Source of the DNA: Terriglobia bacterium
Lineage (GTDB): Bacteria; Acidobacteriota; Terriglobia; 20CM-2-55-15
Direction: 5' to 3'
Length of the DNA stretch: 64,000 bases
NCBI GenBank assembly: GCA_963664115.2
Contig: CAXWPJ010000002.1
Span: 512,001-576,000 of the forward strand
Shown here: piece after piece, positions 18,058-26,601 of the stretch
Layout of the letters: each line of letters begins with the position of its first letter
How positions within the stretch are numbered: position 1 is the stretch's first letter
Translations under genes and position numbers: made by a program
Notes under the pieces: generated by a model
The model's input: the letters and a program-made list of their open reading frames with translations, nothing else
Told to the model about the DNA's origin: nothing
The model's database searches: none

Positions 18058-18143
18058 TGCCTGGAGCGGGAATCGAACCCGCACGCCCCGTAAAGGGCTC
18101 CGGATTTTAAGTCCGGTGCGTCTGCCAGTTCCGCCACCCAGGC
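18058..18143 (-). tRNA. tRNA-Leu(TAA)
   Basis: GCCTGGG acceptor, CCGGA-CTTAAAA-TCCGG anticodon arm, long variable arm, GGTTCGATTCC T-arm; CCA not encoded. Confidence 0.96.
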
Positions 18144-18350
18144 CTGACCAGGAAAACCGCAGGGGTGCATAGGCTCTTTCCGTGAACGCGGAAGACACGC
18201 GTCAAGCCCCCTTGTAATCCATCGACAGGAAAGTGTACCGCACCGAGATATTTGGATTCTTGCGCCTTCTTAAGTTTCTTCCTGAAGTTCCACTAGAATA
18301 GATCCTGGAAGGTGAGTGGCGAGGGTCCCTCCTCGACGAGTGCATATCTA

Positions 18351-19085
18351 ATGGACGGACAACTGTTTCAACATACACGTCCGAGTCCGACAACAAAGCC
18401 CCGGGGCATCGTGCGGCGACTTTTCGGAATTGCGGCGTGGTCCATCCTCCTGACGCTCGTCACCAGCATCGCCATCGTTCTTCCATGGCGCTGGATCCCT
18501 CCGCCGACCACAGCCTTCATCCTCCGGGAACAATTCGTCAGCGACGATCCGGTCTATTATCGGTGGATTCCATGGTCGGAAATCTCGCCTCAGCTGGCGA
18601 TTGCGGCTGTGGCGGCCGAGGACCAAAAGTTTCCAATCCACAATGGCTTCGATCTGGAGGCGATCGCAGATGCCCTCGAGTCGAATCGGGATAGGAGCCG
18701 CGTCCGCGGGGCCAGCACGATATCGCAACAGGTCGCCAAGAACCTGTTCCTCTGGCCCGCACAAAATCTAGCCCGAAAGGGCGCCGAAGCCTACCTGACT
18801 CTTTGGATCGAATTGCTCTGGCCCAAGCGTCGGATTCTGGAGGTGTATCTGAACGTCGCCGAGTTCGGATCGGGACTTTTCGGCGCCGGCGCTGCTGCGG
18901 ACTACATCTTCGATAAGCCGGCACGCGCACTCACGCTCCGCGAAGCAGCGACACTGGTAGCCGTCCTGCCCAGTCCCAAGAGAATGTCGGCCATGCGGCC
19001 TTCCGAGTATGTCCTCGGTCGAGTAGAGCAGATCGAGCGGGCCGTCGGGGCACTCGGCGGTACCCGATATCTCGCGGGTCTATGA
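18351..19085 (+). CDS. mtgA: Monofunctional peptidoglycan transglycosylase
   Basis: AAEDQKF, RGASTISQQVAKNLFL, RKGAE, KRRILEVYLN; start uncertain. Confidence 0.95.
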   Translation: MDGQLFQHTRPSPTTKPRGIVRRLFGIAAWSILLTLVTSIAIVLPWRWIPPPTTAFILREQFVSDDPVYYRWIPWSEISPQLAIAAVAAEDQKFPIHNGFDLEAIADALESNRDRSRVRGASTISQQVAKNLFLWPAQNLARKGAEAYLTLWIELLWPKRRILEVYLNVAEFGSGLFGAGAAADYIFDKPARALTLREAATLVAVLPSPKRMSAMRPSEYVLGRVEQIERAVGALGGTRYLAGL

Positions 19086-19091
19086 AACGTC

Positions 19092-20042
19092 TTAGTCCCC
19101 CCGGCGCGGCAGGAAGACCTCGGCCAGCATGCAGCGGGCGCTCCCGCCACCGACTTTTTCTATCGTCGGAAGCGGAGATGCCACGATCTCGACCGAAGCT
19201 TCGAGTATCGCTATCTGTTCCGCTTCGAAAGCGGCCCGTGCCGCCGTCGACATTACCAGGACACGACCGCCGTCCCTGCCCGTGACTTCCAATACGTTCC
19301 CAGCGAAATGCCCCATCTGGTCCAGGTTGATCCGGATCAAGCGGCGACCGGTGCCCTCCAGGCGGCCCATGAGCGCTGAGCGTTCATGGGAGTCGCGAAT
19401 AGCGTCGGCAGCGACCACTGCGAAGGCTGTCCCGATGCTCATGACAACGTTCGTGTGATAGACGTCGTTCCCTTCCCTGTCGGTGGCATGAAACACCAGG
19501 GTGTCGTATCCCAATATTTTAGCCAGCTCGGCGAAGGGTTCCGGGTGGGTTCGAGCTGAGACGTTGGCGTAAGCGCAACGATCACGATGATCGAACACGA
19601 TGCTGCCTGTGCCCTCAAGGAAGCGGCCTTCCTCTTCGTGGTGGGTCAGATCAACGACACGTGTGACGTCGAATCCATGATTTTCCTGGAGTTCAGAGAT
19701 AAGGCCCTCCCGTCTTTCCAGGCGACGGCTCGGAGCGCACATTGGATACAAGACGACCGTGCCGTCAGGGTGAAACGACAGCCAGTTGTTGGGGAAGACG
19801 GCGTCTGGGGTCCGGGGCTGGGGACGATCTTCGATCACAATGACTGCGACACCGGAGCGACGGATCGCGTCGGTCAGGGAATCGAATTCCGCAAGCGCCC
19901 TCTCCTGGAGCGTATCTTTGGCTGTGTCATCGGGCCGCGTCTGAAATAAATTCGTTGCCGCCGTATCTTCGTTAAATCCGAAGTCCGCCGGACGGATCAT
20001 CAGAACCACTGGCGCCGCACTTCCACTCGAACTGTCCCCCAT
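19092..20042 (-). CDS. Amidinotransferase / arginine deiminase-related hydrolase (CtlX-like)
   Basis: MIRPADFGFN, PDAVFPNNW, LEGTGS, YHTNVVM, GGGSARCMLAE. Confidence 0.92.
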   Translation of the reverse strand: MGDSSSGSAAPVVLMIRPADFGFNEDTAATNLFQTRPDDTAKDTLQERALAEFDSLTDAIRRSGVAVIVIEDRPQPRTPDAVFPNNWLSFHPDGTVVLYPMCAPSRRLERREGLISELQENHGFDVTRVVDLTHHEEEGRFLEGTGSIVFDHRDRCAYANVSARTHPEPFAELAKILGYDTLVFHATDREGNDVYHTNVVMSIGTAFAVVAADAIRDSHERSALMGRLEGTGRRLIRINLDQMGHFAGNVLEVTGRDGGRVLVMSTAARAAFEAEQIAILEASVEIVASPLPTIEKVGGGSARCMLAEVFLPRRGD

Positions 20043-20109
20043 CAACCCTCCGGCCTCAAATTTACTACGCCATTAGCTAAGCCCCGTTGAAATTCCTAGA
20101 ATAGAACCC

Positions 20110-21084
20110 ATGGAGGAAGCGGCAAGCAGGAACTCCGACAGTGGGACGGCTCTCACGCGTCTGCTCGAGGAACGCATCGCGATCCTGGATGGCGCTATGG
20201 CGACCCGAATCCAAACGCTCGGTCTGGGCGAATCCAATTATCGAGGAGACCGATACCGAAACCACGACCGTCCCCTCATGGGCAACCACGATTTGCTTGC
20301 CATCACACAGCCCGACCTGATTCGAGCTATCCACCAGGAGTACCTCGAGGCCGGCGCCGACATCATCACGACCAACACCTTTAGGGCGAACGTCGTTTCA
20401 ATGAGCGACTACGGTCTGGCCGACCAGGTGTACGCAATCAATCTAGCCGCAGCCCGGCTCGCCACCAGTGTCCGGGACCAAATGGAACAGACCGCGCCTG
20501 AGGCGCCGCGATTCGTGGCCGGGGCAGTCTCGGGACCCGAGGGCCCGGCCGAAACGTACACCGAACAGGTGCGCGGCCTCCTCGATGGAGGCATCGACCT
20601 CTTGCTCCTGGAAACCGTGTTCGACTCCCGCAATGCCGTCGCCGCTCTGGATGCTTTCGAACAAGGCTTCCGGAACCGGGGCTACCGCATTCCGGTTGTC
20701 GCCTCGGCAACAATCACCGAGGAAGGCCGACTGCTTTCAGGGGAAACGCTCAAAGAGTTCTGGGACGTCGTTTCCTCGCGTGGATTGTTGGGCGTTGGAA
20801 TCAATTGCGCGGTGGGCCCTCGCCTGATGGAACCGTATCTGAAACAGCTTGCCGATATCGCGACCCCGTTCCTGGTCTGCTATCCGAACGCAGGACTTCC
20901 GGATCCGTCCCGTCACTACCCGGAGTCACCCGACGTCATGGCATCCGTGATGGAAGAATTTGCCGACAAGGGGTGGTTGAATGTCGCCGGAGGCTGTTGT
21001 GGAACCGGACCCGACCATATCCGACGCATACGTGAAACACTCAGTCAAAAGGCGCCGAGAAGGCGGCCACAGTCCATTCGCTGA
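20110..21084 (+). CDS. Stand-alone homocysteine S-methyltransferase domain (MetH N-terminal module)
   Basis: LDGAMAT, YLEAGADIITTNTF, ETVFD, GINC, YPNAGLP, GGCCGT; no pterin or cobalamin domains. Confidence 0.9.
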   Translation: MEEAASRNSDSGTALTRLLEERIAILDGAMATRIQTLGLGESNYRGDRYRNHDRPLMGNHDLLAITQPDLIRAIHQEYLEAGADIITTNTFRANVVSMSDYGLADQVYAINLAAARLATSVRDQMEQTAPEAPRFVAGAVSGPEGPAETYTEQVRGLLDGGIDLLLLETVFDSRNAVAALDAFEQGFRNRGYRIPVVASATITEEGRLLSGETLKEFWDVVSSRGLLGVGINCAVGPRLMEPYLKQLADIATPFLVCYPNAGLPDPSRHYPESPDVMASVMEEFADKGWLNVAGGCCGTGPDHIRRIRETLSQKAPRRRPQSIR

Positions 21085-21268
21085 GGGCCGGAATGTGCTC
21101 ATTTCATTGTGCTAAGATGGATCAATTATGTTCGAAGTGACGCACGAAAGGACGGACTTCGACCGTGCCGAACACGGGAACTTCTGGACCACTACTACTG
21201 ATGGGTTAGCGAACCTGAAACACGGCCCCGTGAGCCGCCCGGGTTAGCCCAACTTGCTTTATTGAATT

Positions 21269-21634
21269 ATGGAAATCTACTACGCCAGCGAAGACCGCTT
21301 GTCGGAAGAAGCGAAAGCGCTCGTCGAATTCGACGTGAATTCCATTCGCCGGGTTGTGGCGGCCGAACGCGGAGACGAGCCGGAAGTCTGGGTGGTCGCT
21401 CCTGAGGGCTATCAGACGGACGGACATCCACTCAGAGACAGCGAATCGATCCGGCTGATCGCATATTCAAAACACTCACGCATTGTTTACGCAACCGATG
21501 GTTGCAACGCCTGCCGCCACATCCTGAACACGCCTCTTGAAACCAACAAGGACGAAGAACTGATAACGCTCTCCGAGCAGACGCAAATACCCCAGTCCCT
21601 GCTCCAGGCTCTTGCCCGGGTTATCCGAAGTTAA
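21269..21634 (+). CDS. Hypothetical protein
   Basis: 121-aa ORF with coding-like composition; stop overlaps the nth stop. Confidence 0.65.
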   Translation: MEIYYASEDRLSEEAKALVEFDVNSIRRVVAAERGDEPEVWVVAPEGYQTDGHPLRDSESIRLIAYSKHSRIVYATDGCNACRHILNTPLETNKDEELITLSEQTQIPQSLLQALARVIRS

Positions 21635-22278
21635 CGACTCCGCTTGACTCCGACGCGCTCGCAGTAGCGAGCGATCGGGCAGATGGAACAGTGCGGGCTG
21701 ACCGGCTTGCACAGATTCTGACCGAAAGCCACCAGCAGATCATTCAAAACGATCCAATATCGCCGGGGTAGTTTCTCTCTCAACGCCATCTCGGTTTCAT
21801 CCGGCCCCCGTGTGGCCACGTACCCAAGACGGTTCGAGATTCGGTGCACATGAATGTCTACTGCGATTCCAGGCTTATGAAATGCCAGGGTCACGACGAT
21901 GTTAGCAGTCTTTCGGCCCACACCCGGAAGGGTGAGCAGTGCGTCCAGCGTGCTCGGAACCTCACCGCCGAAGCGTTCCAGCAGAATCGATGACATTTCG
22001 CGAATTGTGCGAGCCTTCACACGGTAGAAAGAGACCGGATAGATGAGACGCTCGATCTTCTTGACCGATAGTTTGACGATCGCTTCCGGCGTTTCGGCGA
22101 GAGCGAAAAGGCTCTCGCTGGCCCGGGTCGTGGTCCGGTCCTGCGTTCTCAGGCTGAGAACACAGGACACCAGTGTCGTAAACGGTGTCCGCGTAAAGTG
22201 GCCGATCGCAGGCACGGGCCACTGAGGGACCTGCTTACGAAGAATCCGGACAACATGTCGTATGTCTTGGTCTTTCAC
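21631..22278 (-). CDS. nth: Endonuclease III
   Basis: HhH LPGVGRKTAN, AVDIHVHRI, [4Fe-4S] motif CKPVSPHCSICPIARYC. Confidence 0.96.
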   Translation of the reverse strand: MKDQDIRHVVRILRKQVPQWPVPAIGHFTRTPFTTLVSCVLSLRTQDRTTTRASESLFALAETPEAIVKLSVKKIERLIYPVSFYRVKARTIREMSSILLERFGGEVPSTLDALLTLPGVGRKTANIVVTLAFHKPGIAVDIHVHRISNRLGYVATRGPDETEMALREKLPRRYWIVLNDLLVAFGQNLCKPVSPHCSICPIARYCERVGVKRSR

Positions 22279-22477
22279 GCTGAGGATCCGCTTATATCTC
22301 TATTTGATTGTAACCATGCGGGCATCTCTGAGTGTGCGGTCATAAACTGCACGCAACGGTGAAAATACACCCCTACCCGCCCTTCGCATCGAAAGCTCAG
22401 CCCTGGACCCGGATTCGGTCTTTGTTGTCCTTGACGCAGGGAATGGCATACTGGGCCCGGGCGATTTGTTCCCCTAA

Positions 22478-23230
22478 ATGGCGCGTAAGAGTTACGATCA
22501 TGAGCGGGGAACGGAATCCATTCTCGAAAGGCCGATGCACACACCGAACAGAGACCTGCTGACTCGATTGCTTGCAGGCGAAGCACGCCTGAGTCCTCAA
22601 ACCGTAGCTGAAATTCTCGGTCGCGGGGCGGATTTCATCCCCGACTTGGAGACGCTGTTGGGAAACGTCCGTCTCTGGCATACAGACAAAGCCGGCCGGA
22701 TCGCCGTTTTCCACGCAGTCAAGCTGCTGGGAATCATGAAAGCCGCCAGCGCCCTCCCGACATTGATCGATGCGATCTTACTCGCCTACAGTACGGGGAA
22801 CGAAGACGTCCTCGAAGAGTTGCCGCTAGTCTTTGCGCGCATTGGACCCGATGCCATCGAACCACTCCGATCTGTCCTGGAAGATTCAGGGCTTGATTCG
22901 ACTATTCGAAATCTCGCTGCATCAGGACTGGAAGGGATCGCTGTGTTGCACACAGATTCCCGGGACGCAGTGCTCGATATACTGCGGGAACAACTCAAAA
23001 ATCCTGTACAGGGAGTACTGTTGAGCGCCCATGTACTGGGACTTATCACCCATTTCCGAAGGCCCGAGGACCGAATGCTGGTGAGCAGTACCTTGAGCTT
23101 GATCCCGACCTCGATGGACATGAGTGAAGACGCAGTCAGTAGTTATTTCAAAGCTTCAGACGAACCCTGGGAATGGGCGGAGTACAGGATCGATCCGCTG
23201 GAATTCTACGACGGTGAGGAAGAACAATGA
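22478..23230 (+). CDS. HEAT-repeat / DUF1186-like helical protein
   Basis: Helical repeats (HAVKLLG, ALPTLI, IGPDAIEPL, RNLAASGL); start may be ATG 22535. Confidence 0.6.
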   Translation: MARKSYDHERGTESILERPMHTPNRDLLTRLLAGEARLSPQTVAEILGRGADFIPDLETLLGNVRLWHTDKAGRIAVFHAVKLLGIMKAASALPTLIDAILLAYSTGNEDVLEELPLVFARIGPDAIEPLRSVLEDSGLDSTIRNLAASGLEGIAVLHTDSRDAVLDILREQLKNPVQGVLLSAHVLGLITHFRRPEDRMLVSSTLSLIPTSMDMSEDAVSSYFKASDEPWEWAEYRIDPLEFYDGEEEQ

Positions 23231-23559
23231 GCTGGGTTAGATTGGCCTTGGGCCTGATCCGTGAAGCTGCCACGACGGAAGTCGGCCAGGACATCATCCG
23301 TGACCTGCGGTCGAATGCATCCCAGAAAAAGCGCCCTGCGCCGACCGATGCGCAGCAAGTGGCTGAATGGAGGAGCGCAGTGGACGAACGTATTTCCGTT
23401 GCGAACCGTAACATTGAAATGCTGGTACAGATGCTGAATGCGCAGGATGAAACCTTCGTAAGGATACAGAAGAGGCAACGGGTTTGGAATTTGGTTCTCT
23501 CCGGAGCGATCCTCGTCGCACTGATAGGGATGACTACTGTTCTTGTGTTGGGTTCATAA
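23227..23559 (+). CDS. Hypothetical coiled-coil protein with C-terminal TM
   Basis: ATGA overlap with upstream gene; hydrophobic C-terminus. Confidence 0.7.
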   Translation: MSWVRLALGLIREAATTEVGQDIIRDLRSNASQKKRPAPTDAQQVAEWRSAVDERISVANRNIEMLVQMLNAQDETFVRIQKRQRVWNLVLSGAILVALIGMTTVLVLGS

Positions 23560-23757
23560 CAGCGCCCGACGTTTCATCTGTCAAAATCCTGCCGCACCCC
23601 GGCCGAGTCTGTCACGGCGAAGGATTTCGGGGGTGGCCCCGGATCAAATAATCACTGCCGCAACAAGTACTTACGCCAATACAGCGACTCCGATCACCTT
23701 GGTAATGTGTGTGCTTCTCTGAGGATGAAGTAAGGGAGGAAGCCCGAGGCAACACCA

Positions 23758-24168
23758 ATGAGACTCGTGTACATAGTCTGTGGCATGATCTGTCTGACAC
23801 TCGCATTCATTGGCGTCTTCCTGCCGTTCCTACCGACGACTCCCCTTGTGATCCTGGCTGCATTCTGCTTTTCTAAGGGATCGGCAAAGCTCCACAGATG
23901 GTTGCTCTCCCAACCGCTGTTCGGTCCCGTTCTGGAGGACTGGCAGAATCACCACGTGATTCGATTTCACATCAAGTGCATCGCAACAAGCCTGATTGCA
24001 CTATCGATGAGTTATCCGGTGTTCTTCGGCCCATTTCCGTTATGGTCCCGCATTGCGCTGGTGGTAATCATGGCCTCGGTGCTTCGTTATATCTGGAGCT
24101 TCCCTTCCGAGTCCAAAAAAGTTCGTACAATCGGACTTCAAAATCTGGAAAACACCTCGGCCTCTTAA
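23758..24168 (+). CDS. YbaN (DUF454) inner membrane protein
   Basis: GVFLPFLPTTPLVILAAFCF...LHRWL...FGPVLEDW. Confidence 0.92.
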   Translation: MRLVYIVCGMICLTLAFIGVFLPFLPTTPLVILAAFCFSKGSAKLHRWLLSQPLFGPVLEDWQNHHVIRFHIKCIATSLIALSMSYPVFFGPFPLWSRIALVVIMASVLRYIWSFPSESKKVRTIGLQNLENTSAS

Positions 24169-24232
24169 CGTCCCTTCCCGTCCCCCGTATGATGGTGCAG
24201 GAGTGTCAACGGACAACTTGCGAGGGTAACTC

Positions 24233-25054
24233 ATGCCTGACAACTTAAGATTGATGTGTGTTCTGGCCCATCCTGACGACGAGTCGCTCGGAACGGGTGG
24301 GATCCTGGCCAAGTATGCAAGCGAAGGAATCGAAACTTTTCTACTTACGGCGACACGTGGAGAGCGGGGCCGTTTCGGCGATGCGAAGGTAAAACCCGGA
24401 TTGCAAGTCGTGGGCGAAACGCGCGAACGGGAGTTGCGTCGTGCAGCCAAAGAGCTGGGAATTCGAGAGCTGCACTTTCTGGACTACATCGACGGCGATC
24501 TGGACCGTGCAGACCCGATCGAAGCCCAGGAAAAGATCGCCGGCCATGTCCGACGGATACGACCCCAGGTAGTGGCCACGTTCGGCCCCGAGGGCGCCTA
24601 CGGCCACCCCGATCACATCGCGATCTCGCAACTGGCGACTGCGGCCGTACTCAGAGCAGCAGGGGGAGACTCACCCCCCTCGGGGGAACCACCCCACCGC
24701 GTGTCCAAGTTCTACTACATGGCATGGAGTGGTCCCAAGTGGGACGCCTATCAGGCCGCTCTCAAGCAGCTGGTCGTCACCGTAGACGGAGTGGAACGTC
24801 AAGCCGCACCCTGGCCCGACTGGGCGATCACGACCGTCATCGAGACACAGTCGGTGGCGGACACCGTCTGGCGCGCCGTCAGCTGTCACGAAACGCAGAT
24901 GGGCGTCTACGAACGACTGGGCCAGCTTTCCGAACAACACCACCGTGCACTCTGGGGGACACAGGAATACTACCGCGTGTTCAGCACGGTCAATGCCGGA
25001 AGGAAACCGGAAACCGACCTCTTTGAAGGCTTGCGTCCACCGGAGGATGGATGA
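24233..25054 (+). CDS. PIG-L/LmbE family deacetylase
   Basis: AHPDDES, ATRGERG, GAYGHPDH, CHETQ. Confidence 0.93.
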   Translation: MPDNLRLMCVLAHPDDESLGTGGILAKYASEGIETFLLTATRGERGRFGDAKVKPGLQVVGETRERELRRAAKELGIRELHFLDYIDGDLDRADPIEAQEKIAGHVRRIRPQVVATFGPEGAYGHPDHIAISQLATAAVLRAAGGDSPPSGEPPHRVSKFYYMAWSGPKWDAYQAALKQLVVTVDGVERQAAPWPDWAITTVIETQSVADTVWRAVSCHETQMGVYERLGQLSEQHHRALWGTQEYYRVFSTVNAGRKPETDLFEGLRPPEDG

Positions 25055-26553
25055 GCACGCCCGAGGATCTGCGCGGGAGAAAAGCACCGATAGCAATGAG
25101 CGCGGCAGAGTTTCGTGCAGCGGGCTACAAACTCGTCGACCGCATCGCAGAACATATCGAAACGATCGCGGAAAAGGCGATCACACAGGCCGAAAGTCCG
25201 GATGAGGTGAGGCGCCTCCTGGGATTGGATCAGCACCTTCCACAAGACGGTGTCGAATCGCAACGCTTGCTGGAAGAAGTTACCGAGGCCTTGTTCGACC
25301 ATAGCCTGTTCAATGGCCATCCTCGTTTTGGCGCATACATCACGTCGAGTCCGGCACCGATCGGACTGCTCGGCGACTTCCTCGCTGCGGCCATCAATCA
25401 GAACGTTGGAGCCTGGAAGCTCTCACCGCTCGCCACCGAGATCGAAGCGCAGACCGTTCGCTGGATTGCGGAATTTATCGGATATCCGACTGATTGCGGC
25501 GGTCTGCTCGTGAGCGGCGGCAACATGGCCAACTTCATCTGCTTCCTCGCGGCGCGTCGCGACTTCGCCGGCCCCGACCTCCGCGTTTCGGGAATCGGAA
25601 CCGATGGCTCTTCTCGCCTGCGGATATATGCATCGGTGGACACACACACCTGGCTCCAGAAGGCCGCCGATCTGTTCGGTCACGGCACCGACTCGATTCG
25701 GTGGATTCCGGTGGACGGAAAACAAAGGATGAACCTCAAGGCAATGGAAACCCAGGTTCGCCGGGATCGCGAACAGGGGGACCGCCCGTTTCTAGTTATC
25801 GGCACGGCCGGTTCGGTCGGAACGGGTGGGGTGGATGCGCTCGGCGATATCGGAGCTTTCTGCGGGGAAACGGGAATGTGGTTTCACGTAGACGGAGCCT
25901 ACGGTGCGCTCGCAGCTCTGGTCGAAGGCGCTCCGGAGGACCTCGCAGGCTTGAAGGATGCGGACTCGGTCGCCGTAGATCCTCACAAGTGGCTGTATGC
26001 TCCGCTGGAAGCCGGATGCGCACTTGTCCGCAACTGGGAACAGTTGAAGAACGCTTTCTCTTATCACCCCTCCTACTACCACTTTGAAGAAGAGGCGCTC
26101 AACTACTACGACCTCGGCATGCAGAACTCGCGCGGTTTCAGGGCACTCAAAGTTTGGCTGGCGCTACGCCAGGTCGGCGCCGATGGCTATCGCACGATGA
26201 TCTCCGACGACATCCGCCTCGCGGCCCATCTCTACGATCTGGTGGACGCACATAGAGAGTTTGAAGCACTGTCCCATAGCCTCAGCATCACAACGTTTCG
26301 ATACGTGCCGCCCGGGCTGGACCCCGCCATGCGGCCCGACGAGAGAGAAAACTACCTCAACAGCTTGAACACGGACGTTCTGACCCGTCTCGAACGAAGC
26401 GGTGAAGCATTCCTCTCCAATGCGCTTGTTGAGGAGAAATTTGCACTCCGAATGTGCATCGTCAATTTTCGAACATCCCTGGACGACATCGAAGCGCTGC
26501 CCGGACTGATTGCGAAGCTGGGGCGTGAGATAGTCGCGGGTGGCGAAAAATAA
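25051..26553 (+). CDS. Group II PLP-dependent decarboxylase (aromatic amino acid/glutamate decarboxylase family)
   Basis: HPRFGAYI, SGGNMAN, GTAGS, HVDGAYG, DPHKWL (PLP Lys), SRGFRALKVW. Confidence 0.93.
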   Translation: MSTPEDLRGRKAPIAMSAAEFRAAGYKLVDRIAEHIETIAEKAITQAESPDEVRRLLGLDQHLPQDGVESQRLLEEVTEALFDHSLFNGHPRFGAYITSSPAPIGLLGDFLAAAINQNVGAWKLSPLATEIEAQTVRWIAEFIGYPTDCGGLLVSGGNMANFICFLAARRDFAGPDLRVSGIGTDGSSRLRIYASVDTHTWLQKAADLFGHGTDSIRWIPVDGKQRMNLKAMETQVRRDREQGDRPFLVIGTAGSVGTGGVDALGDIGAFCGETGMWFHVDGAYGALAALVEGAPEDLAGLKDADSVAVDPHKWLYAPLEAGCALVRNWEQLKNAFSYHPSYYHFEEEALNYYDLGMQNSRGFRALKVWLALRQVGADGYRTMISDDIRLAAHLYDLVDAHREFEALSHSLSITTFRYVPPGLDPAMRPDERENYLNSLNTDVLTRLERSGEAFLSNALVEEKFALRMCIVNFRTSLDDIEALPGLIAKLGREIVAGGEK

Positions 26554-26601
26554 CTTAACCCTACCCCGGACGGCCCTTTCGCACTCTCATTTTCCAATTG
26601 T

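Noticed and set aside
18058-18080. att-site duplication of the tRNA-Leu 3' end
   Set aside because: No second copy found by eye within the window.
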